DNA of 64,000 bases, from the IMG/VR virus record IMGVR_UViG_3300049846_001393, positions 15,163-79,162 of that record, one strand, 5' to 3'. Under the pieces are notes generated by a model. It saw nothing but the letters and a program-made list of their open reading frames with translations. It did not search any database and was not told the origin of the DNA. Each line of letters begins with the position of its first letter. The stretch's first letter is position 1. The stretch is from a virus. Shown piece by piece: positions 1-9,039 of this stretch. The translations under genes and the position numbers were made by a program.

Positions 1-628
1 TACAAAGATCATTAACTACATTAAGACCCTTGCGCTGAGTTAGCCTACCTATATAAAGAAGATAATCTTTTTTCTTTTCATATAAAGGAAAGTCGGTAAA
101 ATTATAATAATTAGGTATCACAAAATCAAAATAACGCCCATCCTCTATTCCGCACTTTCCATAAACATAATGCATCCAAGCATAAGATTCAAAAATACAA
201 AAATTAGAAAAGATGCCTTCATATCCAATACCGTACTCAACAGAGGTATGGTTTGGGAAAGCGTCAGCAATTGGCTTCTGGCAAACTCCACCAATTAAAC
301 AAATGAAATCGTTAGGCTGGATGCGTTTACCAATCTCCTCAACCGAACCAATATTCATTATTTGCCAATAAGCTAGTTTAGAATCCCATTCAATAGGAAA
401 AAAAGTTTTAGTATGATCATCCCTAAAATAATAGTTCTGCATTTTCTTTGAGATAATGCTTACATGCTCAGTTACCTCAGCATCATTATCTTCACTTGAA
501 TACAGAAAAACTTCATGACCAAGACTTGTCATCATATTACAAAAACGCACAACCTTAGTTGTGTAAGCACAATGAACAAAGTCTTTAGTTGTTTGTGTAT
601 GTGGAAGAGAAACTACATGAAATCTCAT
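1..628 (-). CDS. GT4-like glycosyltransferase (partial, runs off window)
   Basis: Not in the ORF track. Hand translation from ATG 628 (TGATG overlap with upstream gene) gives MRFHVVSLPHTQT...GHEVFLY...DYLLYIGRLTQRKG, typical GT-B/GT4 motifs. Confidence 0.75.
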   Translation of the reverse strand, partial: MRFHVVSLPHTQTTKDFVHCAYTTKVVRFCNMMTSLGHEVFLYSSEDNDAEVTEHVSIISKKMQNYYFRDDHTKTFFPIEWDSKLAYWQIMNIGSVEEIGKRIQPNDFICLIGGVCQKPIADAFPNHTSVEYGIGYEGIFSNFCIFESYAWMHYVYGKCGIEDGRYFDFVIPNYYNFTDFPLYEKKKDYLLYIGRLTQRKGLNVVNDLC

Positions 629-1209
629 CAAACAAGAACCCTACCTACGCTCCAAAGATTTTCTTTTCCAAAAACAAAATCAAGTCTAAGATAAGCATTT
701 GTGTGATACAGTCCATCACCAGTATACATATTAACTCTTAGCAAAGAGTTGCCTTTAAGTTTTTTTATTCTTATAGTTTTTCCACCAGGTATATCGGTAG
801 TATGACCTGGATCAGTTGAGCTTATTATTTGAACAAAATCCGTATTTGGATATATATAATCAAGTTTTGGTGTGTGAGACATAGCACAACCAGCTCCATC
901 GTTATAAGACCCAGTTCTAAATATCAATGTCTCATTCTGAAACTCAGGCTGCAAATCACACTCTAAAGTTAATTCTATACGTTCAAATTCCGAATTTTGT
1001 CTCTCAACCCTACCCCTATAAGTAACATCAATATACCCTGCCCTAACAGAGCCCCTAGCAGTAAAAGACTGTGTATTTGCATTTGTGCCACCACAATTAT
1101 AGCTATCCTCAAAATCTATTTGAGCTCTTGTTGGAGATAAAATATATTCTGGAACACCAACAAAACCATTTGTCTGTTGATCTGCAGGATTCCAGACTAT
1201 TCCAGCCAT
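628..1209 (-). CDS. hypothetical virion/tail-associated protein
   Basis: 193-aa ORF, translationally coupled at the end of the tail operon. Confidence 0.55.
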   Translation of the reverse strand: MAGIVWNPADQQTNGFVGVPEYILSPTRAQIDFEDSYNCGGTNANTQSFTARGSVRAGYIDVTYRGRVERQNSEFERIELTLECDLQPEFQNETLIFRTGSYNDGAGCAMSHTPKLDYIYPNTDFVQIISSTDPGHTTDIPGGKTIRIKKLKGNSLLRVNMYTGDGLYHTNAYLRLDFVFGKENLWSVGRVLV

Positions 1210-1628
1210 TACACCGATCTTCCATAAAGTTGAACAGTTACATTACTATGTCCACCAGCAGCACTACATCTAATCTTAATCCAGTTAGTTGGACTAACAA
1301 CGATATGATCAACATAACCAGAAGTTATATCAGCAGAATTTTTTAAACTTGTAGCAACAAGAGAAATAGTTCTAGCAGTTTCAGTGCTACCAAAAGTGTT
1401 GTCACCTATAATCAAATCAAATGTTGTAGTTGCTGTACCAACGCTTCCAGCTTGGACATACCAGTCAGTAAGCAAAATATTAGCTGACGGCGACCAAGGT
1501 CCAGAGGTAGAAACTTCAACCTCGCCATCTAAATAAAATGGAGGAATATTAATATATGAAGCTCTTAGACCTGCTGTAAAAACATCTGTTGTCTGTGTTT
1601 TAATTATGCGATTTCTTTCATTAGCCAT
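1209..1628 (-). CDS. putative minor tail protein
   Basis: 139-aa beta-rich ORF in the tail operon. Confidence 0.5.
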   Translation of the reverse strand: MANERNRIIKTQTTDVFTAGLRASYINIPPFYLDGEVEVSTSGPWSPSANILLTDWYVQAGSVGTATTTFDLIIGDNTFGSTETARTISLVATSLKNSADITSGYVDHIVVSPTNWIKIRCSAAGGHSNVTVQLYGRSV

Positions 1629-1636
1629 GATTATTC

Positions 1637-2083
1637 CTAAATTGGATTACCAAAGGCTACACCAGTCAACTGCCACTGGACAATAACCTTTTGAGTTGGG
1701 GCACCAGTGACGACAACAGCAAGTTCGCAGCCTCTGTAAATTCTAGAAAATGGAGGATTCTCAACAGTTATCCATCTGCTTACAATTACAGAAACCGTTG
1801 GGAAAAAACCATCAACAATAACATCGCCCTCTTGAACTTCTGCGCCAAAAGTAATCAAAGGCTTTTCAGAGAAAGCGATAGGGAAATCAATTGGCACACG
1901 CTTCTCCCCAGAGTTCTTGATAAGAAACTCCCCAGTAAGAGTAGTGGGACCAGCCGCTGCCGAAGACATAGCAGCAGTCATGTCTTTTGCTATCATTGAG
2001 TTTCTAAATTTTTCAACTGCTTGAGCAGGGCTAGGAAAAGGTCTTTTAAAAACTTGTGCTTCATCACGCCAATCCATAATCAA
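1637..2083 (-). CDS. putative minor tail protein
   Basis: 148 aa, 'IDFPIAFSEKPLIT' motif resembles tail-fibre/H-lectin-like small domains; tail operon position. Confidence 0.5.
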   Translation of the reverse strand: MIMDWRDEAQVFKRPFPSPAQAVEKFRNSMIAKDMTAAMSSAAAGPTTLTGEFLIKNSGEKRVPIDFPIAFSEKPLITFGAEVQEGDVIVDGFFPTVSVIVSRWITVENPPFSRIYRGCELAVVVTGAPTQKVIVQWQLTGVAFGNPI

Positions 2084-4791
2084 TCCTCCACGTATTTAGT
2101 ATCTGAAATAGTTTTTTCATCAAAGTTATCAGAATCAAACCATACTCTTAAAGTTGCAGAACCAGACTGCAGAGTATCACCATAAATGTTGATAGTGTAA
2201 GTTCCCTCATTTAAGTTACCCAAATTTTTGGTATCGCCAGAAAGTGGAAGATCAAAAGTATTTGAATATGGTGTTGCATCATTCTTGGTTATACTAACGG
2301 CACCATTATAAAGAATATCTTCTGAATAAGTAAACCTGATCTTTGAATTAATAGCCTGATCAGGCACCACTAGTGTCGCTGTATAACTCCAAGTTGCTCC
2401 AGTGAACTCGAAGATATCTAGATTTAGAAAAAGATCACCGTCTACAACTACAATATCAGATGAACCTAGTGTATCTAAAATTGCATTAATTTTATCTGTT
2501 TCAGAATTATGTATTTTAGTAATTGCTAAAGGTAGTGTAGTTAAAGTTTTTACATAGTCAATAACATCTGGCCACTCTGCTGCAGTAAAATTACCTTGAA
2601 TAGCAATAGCGTCAGCAAAAACTGTTGGTGTAGCAGCCTCAATCCCATTGATAAATGTTTCCAATGCTTCAATATCTCTGGAGTCCATTCTTACACCATT
2701 ATAAAAAGCATCAGAACCAGAATATCTAGCCATCAATTTTATATTTGGACCATAAACTTGTATGCCAGGAAAGTTATGGATTTGATCTGCTAAAGCATTA
2801 AACATAGTAATATAAGTATTTATATTATGAGAAGGAGAAGACTGGAATCCCAGAAGATCATTCCAAATAAAAACTTTAGAAGCAGATCCAAAAACTGCAG
2901 CAACGCCTGCTGCTAAAGCAAAATTATCAAGCCTAGAAAAATCTGGAATCAGATTAGCTGTTCTAATCTGATTACCACCAGAATCAAGAATACTATTAGA
3001 GTTAGAAACCAAAGAAGCAAACTCTGTAAGTTCATCGCTTGGATCTGGTATCACAGTTTCTTCACTTTTTTCAGAATAGCTAAAAGCAATGACTTTTGAT
3101 CCATATCCATCTATTTCAGAATTGATACAATAGTTATAAAAAGAATTAAGCCAATCAACAATATCAGAGGATAGAGGTGGTGTTGCAGCAGAGCAATTAA
3201 TGCTAATAGAAATACCAAGTTCCATATATTTATCTAATGCCCATGCTCTTACTGGCTCTAGATATGGAATATAAAACTCTGCATTATCATAAACATCAAT
3301 AGATATGAATACAAGATCCCAATATCTGGCATTATAATTTGCATCATCTATCATTAGATTAATTGGATCATTTCCACCAAAATCACTCAAGGAATGCGTG
3401 CAAATAAATCCAATATTTAGACCAACAGGAGTCGCTTCAGCAATTGCTTCATCAAGTTTGTATTTAAACCTTTCCTGAAGACCCAGCCAACCAAGAATCG
3501 TATATGTAGAGCCATCAATAAAACTTTTTGGATTTGGAGCAATACATACCCAAGCAGGACCAGTTAAAGAATCGATATTGTCAATAATATCTCTAAAGTC
3601 TGAATCATGAACCTGTGGAGAACCCTCACTCCAGTCATTAACAAAAATAATGAAAATAGGAAGAGCATCTTCATCAATAGCATCCTGTCCTAATGTTGGT
3701 ATATCAGAAATAACATATGGAACAGAAGGAGTAGCCCCAGGATCTAACTCAATTAAGAAATTTTGAATGCCAACATTTTTAGTGGCAATACTATTAATTT
3801 TAGAAACATTATTTACTATAGAGCTGAAACCAGTTCTTACGGCAAAGTTATTATATGCAATAGAACCGGGAAAATTTCTTTCCAATATAACATCTGGGCA
3901 TTCTTCAATATTTATTGCTGTACCAACATTAGCTTTTACAAAATCATAAGTTGCAGAATAAAAACTCTGCGAAAGATAGTTACCAGTGCTAGAGTATCCA
4001 GAAGTCCAAATATTACTATCAACTGAGAGAACTCCATACGACATTCCCCTATCTATGCCACTTGGAATAATTACATCAACATCATTGACAGTTGGATAGT
4101 CGCCTTTATCAACAATATTGAATCCTTGAGCAGCACCAACATCATAATTAGATACACATTCTCCAGTAACAATTATTCCGGGGATATGTCCAATATCATC
4201 AGAAAAAATTTGATTCTGAGAATCAGAAACTAGTATTTGATAACTACCCCAAGTTACTTTATATCTATCAGAACCATCAAACTGAAAAATTAGATCTTGA
4301 GTAGCTGCTACAGTTGAAATATCTACAAGTATAGATTTAATTTCTGTAAGAACAGAACCATCTGCAGAAATAGAACCAAAGGTCAAAAGTTTTGTAGACT
4401 TATTTATAGAACAGTAATAACCATCAGATATGCCAAGTGAATCTGAAATAGTTAGTGTTATAGAAAAATCAATTGAACTTAGATCAATCTCAACTCTTTG
4501 ATAAAAACCAGAAGAAGTTATATTTATATCTAAGATTGCAAATCCCATACCATTAGCAGAACCAAATCTACCGTCAGTAACTCCACAAGCATCTAAAGCT
4601 GGATTAAGTATAGAGATGTCAAAAATATCTACAGGATCAAGAGACTTTGAGCCATTTGACTGTGTTAGAATAGGGGTAGCAGAACCCATCTCAGAGAAAA
4701 TAAACTCTGCCTGTGGAAAAATATTCGTCGCCATTGATCTAGAATCAACATAATTGAAACCAACATCAGCGAACTCTGGTCTAATAGCCAC
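2080..4791 (-). CDS. large acidic tail/receptor-binding protein with degenerate glycoside-hydrolase-like domains
   Basis: 903 aa, GTG start with GGAG RBS; segments resembling clan GH-A barrels (FIWNDLLGF...QVYGPN; YWDLVFISIDVYD). Confidence 0.55.
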   Translation of the reverse strand: MAIRPEFADVGFNYVDSRSMATNIFPQAEFIFSEMGSATPILTQSNGSKSLDPVDIFDISILNPALDACGVTDGRFGSANGMGFAILDINITSSGFYQRVEIDLSSIDFSITLTISDSLGISDGYYCSINKSTKLLTFGSISADGSVLTEIKSILVDISTVAATQDLIFQFDGSDRYKVTWGSYQILVSDSQNQIFSDDIGHIPGIIVTGECVSNYDVGAAQGFNIVDKGDYPTVNDVDVIIPSGIDRGMSYGVLSVDSNIWTSGYSSTGNYLSQSFYSATYDFVKANVGTAINIEECPDVILERNFPGSIAYNNFAVRTGFSSIVNNVSKINSIATKNVGIQNFLIELDPGATPSVPYVISDIPTLGQDAIDEDALPIFIIFVNDWSEGSPQVHDSDFRDIIDNIDSLTGPAWVCIAPNPKSFIDGSTYTILGWLGLQERFKYKLDEAIAEATPVGLNIGFICTHSLSDFGGNDPINLMIDDANYNARYWDLVFISIDVYDNAEFYIPYLEPVRAWALDKYMELGISISINCSAATPPLSSDIVDWLNSFYNYCINSEIDGYGSKVIAFSYSEKSEETVIPDPSDELTEFASLVSNSNSILDSGGNQIRTANLIPDFSRLDNFALAAGVAAVFGSASKVFIWNDLLGFQSSPSHNINTYITMFNALADQIHNFPGIQVYGPNIKLMARYSGSDAFYNGVRMDSRDIEALETFINGIEAATPTVFADAIAIQGNFTAAEWPDVIDYVKTLTTLPLAITKIHNSETDKINAILDTLGSSDIVVVDGDLFLNLDIFEFTGATWSYTATLVVPDQAINSKIRFTYSEDILYNGAVSITKNDATPYSNTFDLPLSGDTKNLGNLNEGTYTINIYGDTLQSGSATLRVWFDSDNFDEKTISDTKYVED

Positions 4792-4799
4792 CTTAACTC

Positions 4800-7700
4800 C
4801 TAATTAAATCCACCAGTTAGCGTTATAGGCTCAACACCAAGACCGCTGAACTGCAATTCCCTATTTGTAATCTGCTGCCATCTATCAACTCGCTCAGAGA
4901 TAGATACATGACTTATTGGATTATAAACATTATCGCTAGTAATAACCCAATCATTTTCATCGCCAAGCCAATTGGTTGTAAGACTCATTTCATACTGGCC
5001 TGTATCAAGATCCATAGTAGAAGAAACACCTCTAACATAATGGATATATGTTTCACTTGTATTTCTTTCAATAATACGAATCTGATCATTTATCTCTATA
5101 TTAGGATTAGCAACGCATGTAAGGCTTCCAGCTCTCTGACTAAACCAAATCTGAAGATTGATGAGTTCGGCCATCAATTTCTGCTCTTCTTTGTCAGTAA
5201 AGGTATTATCGATCCAGATTGCTGGACGAATGATATTCCTTAGAGCGGGAACCCCCGGCCTAATCTCATCATTAGCAGATCCAGGAACGAAACGAACATA
5301 CGAAGTTGCTCGTGGGTTGTTGGGATCTGGCTGGTCCGAGCCAATAATAATCTCAGACCTAAGAGAATCACCACCAATGGACACCTGATACTGCTTTAAT
5401 GTTGTGGTCTCGTTTATTTCTGGGATAAACGGCTCAGCACCGGGGGTACTAGAGCTTACTCTGGTATAGTTACCTTCTTCATCATATGTAACATAGATTT
5501 TTTGACCATCACCATAGGAATCGAAGTTTCCAGCAGACCACCAGTTAGGACTTTCAAACCTTGCCCCACCCTGTTGGTCTATAAAGAAGTTATATCCAAC
5601 AACCTGCTTAATTTCATTTATACAGTCAATGATAGTTCTCTTATCAAACTTGTCACCAGTAATATCTTTATCAGTAAAAATACCGGTAGATTCTATATTA
5701 CCAAAGATAGAAGGTCTATCATTTGCATCTGGAGAACCGGGATAGCCAACCCAAAGATCAGCACCAGTATCCGTCTGAACACCAAAGAAACCATCATATC
5801 TTAGAACAAGCCTAGCGTTAGATCTAGTGTATGTCCTTGTATTAAATAATGCAGAACCTGCAGCTGAATACACAACAAAATTACCATCTGACTGCATTAC
5901 AGCATAAGCACCAGAGTTTCCATCAGTCTCGGATTCCCAAACAACATTTTGAAGAGTAGTGGTACCTCCGACAGTAATGAAATTTCCAGTACCTAAAACT
6001 AGATTTCCATCTGTTTGCATAATAAGAGTATAGTCATCTACCTGCTCATAGCTTCCAGATGCTAAAGTTTTCGTAGCCCAAGATTTAATTGTCTCAATAT
6101 TTGAGTCATAATAAGTAAAGCCAGACCAGCAAAGCATATCTTTAATAATATCAATATATTCTTTAAAATTACCCTGCTTCCAACGGTAACCAGTTTTACC
6201 CCACCATCCAGGCTGGCCCCAGAATCTGGCATCATAACTAAGAACAGAACCATTAGCAACAAGAACCCAGAAACCCTTACCATCTGGATCTCTAGCCAAA
6301 TCCCAAACCAAATAACGAAAGAATGACCAATCATTAACTTTATCTTCTGGAATCTTAAGATCAATCTGGGGATTATTCTGGTAAACATATGATGTTCCCT
6401 GCTTAACAGCGTCACCAAAAGCAGCAATATGACCATCAGCAAATGCAATCCAATAACCATCACCAGATTTAGTAGAAGTCATGCCATGACACCAGTTGCC
6501 ATAATCAACACTAAAAGAATCTGCACTATTTTTATTATAGATTCTATTTACTAAACCGCCATAATTTTGCACATTTCCAAATGCCCAAACTTGACCAGAT
6601 CCATCTGTAACCCAAAATCCCATCTTTTTTGGATGAGCAGCTATAGCAGTTCCCCTTCTAGCCCAATTATATGCAGTAGATGGCTGCTGTCCAACATCAA
6701 AGCCAGCAGGACTTTGACCAAAACCTGTACCATAAGGTTTGCCAAATAGATACTTATAAGTCTTCCCACTATTAATCATTGATGCTGTAACTGAAGTATA
6801 TGGCGTCTGTGCAAACGATGGAGATGCATCACCAAAACCTCTAACACTTCCATCAGAATAAACAACCCAATAACCATTACCAGTATAGGTAACAGCCATA
6901 TTCATAGCAGCTACGCCAACGAGAGCAAACTGCTCGCCACGCCAAGGAACAATATAATGTCCATAATGATTTGCTTCACCAAAAGCATAAACCCTACCAC
7001 TTGGATCAAGAACCCAATATCCCTCACCAGATGGATGTGCAGCCATTGAAGTTGCCCCTGGCTTCAAATATGTTCCACCAAGACCGCGAACATAATGAAT
7101 ACCATTCACACCACTAGCATACGGTGGGGATACAAAATTTACCGGACCAAAAGCTGTTGAATCAAAATCAGCAGCATCACCAAAACCATGAACATAACCA
7201 TTGGACTCACAAACCCAATAACCACGAACAGGATGGGATTCCATAGCATAAGTCCAAGGAAGTTCCGTGAATGGCACAGAATATTCAGAAGTCTTATTTC
7301 CAACAGCCCTAAATACAATATCTCTAATACCACAACGGTAATTATTTCCAGAACCATCTGCCATACCTGAATAGGTAAGTGGATCTCCAAAAGTAATTCT
7401 AATCTGATCAGCTTTATACCAATAAGAACCAAAATCTCTCAGAACAGATATTTCATTCTCAGCAGGATTTGCAACACCAAAGTCAACAGAAATTTCGCGC
7501 TCATTACCATCAGGTGGCATAAGGGGAATCTGAATCTTCTTAACATAAGGAATAGAGCCGCCATAATCTGGAACAGTTTCTGTACCAAACCAAGAGCCAT
7601 TATACTTAATAGAAATATATGCAGTATATCCACCAGCCCAAGGAGTAAAACTCATACCTTGAATACGACGACCGCTACCACCAGTCTTCTCTACATCAAA

Positions 7701-8648
7701 CTCCCACCAAAAATATCCATACCCATTGTTTCCGGTGGGCTGGGCTTTAGCTGGAGAAAGTGCATATGTATTCCTATTGCCATCTGAAGCATGACTACCT
7801 TTATGACCAAAGATAGAATAATCGTAGGAACCAAAAATATCATCAGTGGCAGAATCTTTATAAATTGCTCTCACTTCACCAAATGAAGCATTGAAAGAAC
7901 CCTTTGGATCTGGACCAAAAGGAGAATCAAAAGCAGAAACACCGGGAGACTTATACTCAATAGGATAAAGACTCTGAGGAACTAGAGGGGGATAGGTGAT
8001 CTGTTCAAGAAGGAGTCTACCAACATCACGGCATTGAATGGTAAGCATTCCATCTGTGCCAGTCGAAATAGAATCAATCAACCAAGCACCCGTTATCATG
8101 ATATTCTCATCATCAATTGCTTGCTGAACAGAAACGTCGTTACCGCCATAGCCTTGATATGTTCTAATTAAAGCATTAGGAACAATAACATTTGTCCAAT
8201 CAAAATCTGGATCATAGGTTCCATCTTTAAGAGTGGCACCCTGTCCCGGCTCTTGATTCCATAAAGCCTGCGCCTCAGCAGACTCACCACGCTTAGGCCA
8301 AAAATATCCAGGTCGGCCAAGCTGATTAGTGAGTTCAGGAACAATCACACCAGTAGCAGCACTATTAGAATAGTGCCACTGGTTATACATTGCAATATTG
8401 CAAGTTGCAATATCCTGAGAAGTCGAACGCTCAATCTGAATTGATTTAATATTAGGAATCTCTACCTCAACCTGATCGTTAGCAGAGTCCTGCCAGTAAC
8501 GAAAAGGTCCACGGACAGAACCATCATAAACCGGGTCTGTGGTTTTTAGCGTCCAGTCAGGCTCAATCGTAACTCTGCCACAAGGCTTAGTATCACCAAT
8601 CATTACACCTGAACGAACAATATTATGTATTGTCTGATTCAGTCTCAT
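4800..8648 (-). CDS. baseplate hub / central tail protein with beta-propeller repeats and bulb-type lectin domain
   Basis: 1282 aa, second gene after the tape measure; about 6 GYW..DG.V.AFGDA repeats; QSDGNFVVY B-lectin motif; hub-like C-terminus (ANPNIEINDQIRI). Confidence 0.75.
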   Translation of the reverse strand: MRLNQTIHNIVRSGVMIGDTKPCGRVTIEPDWTLKTTDPVYDGSVRGPFRYWQDSANDQVEVEIPNIKSIQIERSTSQDIATCNIAMYNQWHYSNSAATGVIVPELTNQLGRPGYFWPKRGESAEAQALWNQEPGQGATLKDGTYDPDFDWTNVIVPNALIRTYQGYGGNDVSVQQAIDDENIMITGAWLIDSISTGTDGMLTIQCRDVGRLLLEQITYPPLVPQSLYPIEYKSPGVSAFDSPFGPDPKGSFNASFGEVRAIYKDSATDDIFGSYDYSIFGHKGSHASDGNRNTYALSPAKAQPTGNNGYGYFWWEFDVEKTGGSGRRIQGMSFTPWAGGYTAYISIKYNGSWFGTETVPDYGGSIPYVKKIQIPLMPPDGNEREISVDFGVANPAENEISVLRDFGSYWYKADQIRITFGDPLTYSGMADGSGNNYRCGIRDIVFRAVGNKTSEYSVPFTELPWTYAMESHPVRGYWVCESNGYVHGFGDAADFDSTAFGPVNFVSPPYASGVNGIHYVRGLGGTYLKPGATSMAAHPSGEGYWVLDPSGRVYAFGEANHYGHYIVPWRGEQFALVGVAAMNMAVTYTGNGYWVVYSDGSVRGFGDASPSFAQTPYTSVTASMINSGKTYKYLFGKPYGTGFGQSPAGFDVGQQPSTAYNWARRGTAIAAHPKKMGFWVTDGSGQVWAFGNVQNYGGLVNRIYNKNSADSFSVDYGNWCHGMTSTKSGDGYWIAFADGHIAAFGDAVKQGTSYVYQNNPQIDLKIPEDKVNDWSFFRYLVWDLARDPDGKGFWVLVANGSVLSYDARFWGQPGWWGKTGYRWKQGNFKEYIDIIKDMLCWSGFTYYDSNIETIKSWATKTLASGSYEQVDDYTLIMQTDGNLVLGTGNFITVGGTTTLQNVVWESETDGNSGAYAVMQSDGNFVVYSAAGSALFNTRTYTRSNARLVLRYDGFFGVQTDTGADLWVGYPGSPDANDRPSIFGNIESTGIFTDKDITGDKFDKRTIIDCINEIKQVVGYNFFIDQQGGARFESPNWWSAGNFDSYGDGQKIYVTYDEEGNYTRVSSSTPGAEPFIPEINETTTLKQYQVSIGGDSLRSEIIIGSDQPDPNNPRATSYVRFVPGSANDEIRPGVPALRNIIRPAIWIDNTFTDKEEQKLMAELINLQIWFSQRAGSLTCVANPNIEINDQIRIIERNTSETYIHYVRGVSSTMDLDTGQYEMSLTTNWLGDENDWVITSDNVYNPISHVSISERVDRWQQITNRELQFSGLGVEPITLTGGFN

Positions 8649-8650
8649 AA

Positions 8651-9031
8651 TTACCAGTCCAAGACAATAGCTTCAATAGAGTAATTATGACGCCAAGGAT
8701 AGTTAATTGATCTTACCCTCGTTGGGTTGAAACTTTTAATATAAATCCAGAACTCTCTACCGAGATCATCAGTCAAACGAATCTGATTTCTTTTTAGATA
8801 CCAATCATTAAGAGTATTAAACTGGCTTTCAGTTAAGATTGTACCAGAGAAAGAAAGACTTGCAGGACTCTCTCTGCCCTCAAAAGCAAGAGTCTGGCCG
8901 TTAGGGGCAGCCGTAGCCTCATAAGAAATATTCTTAGATCTACTTGGATACCCGCCATCATTAGGATTAATTTCCCAATTATAAGTCTCATTACCTACTG
9001 GATCATAAAATTCCCACGCAACTCTTGGCAT
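8651..9031 (-). CDS. distal-tail-like minor tail protein
   Basis: 126 aa directly after the tape measure. Confidence 0.55.
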   Translation of the reverse strand: MPRVAWEFYDPVGNETYNWEINPNDGGYPSRSKNISYEATAAPNGQTLAFEGRESPASLSFSGTILTESQFNTLNDWYLKRNQIRLTDDLGREFWIYIKSFNPTRVRSINYPWRHNYSIEAIVLDW

Positions 9032-9039
9032 CTTAACTC

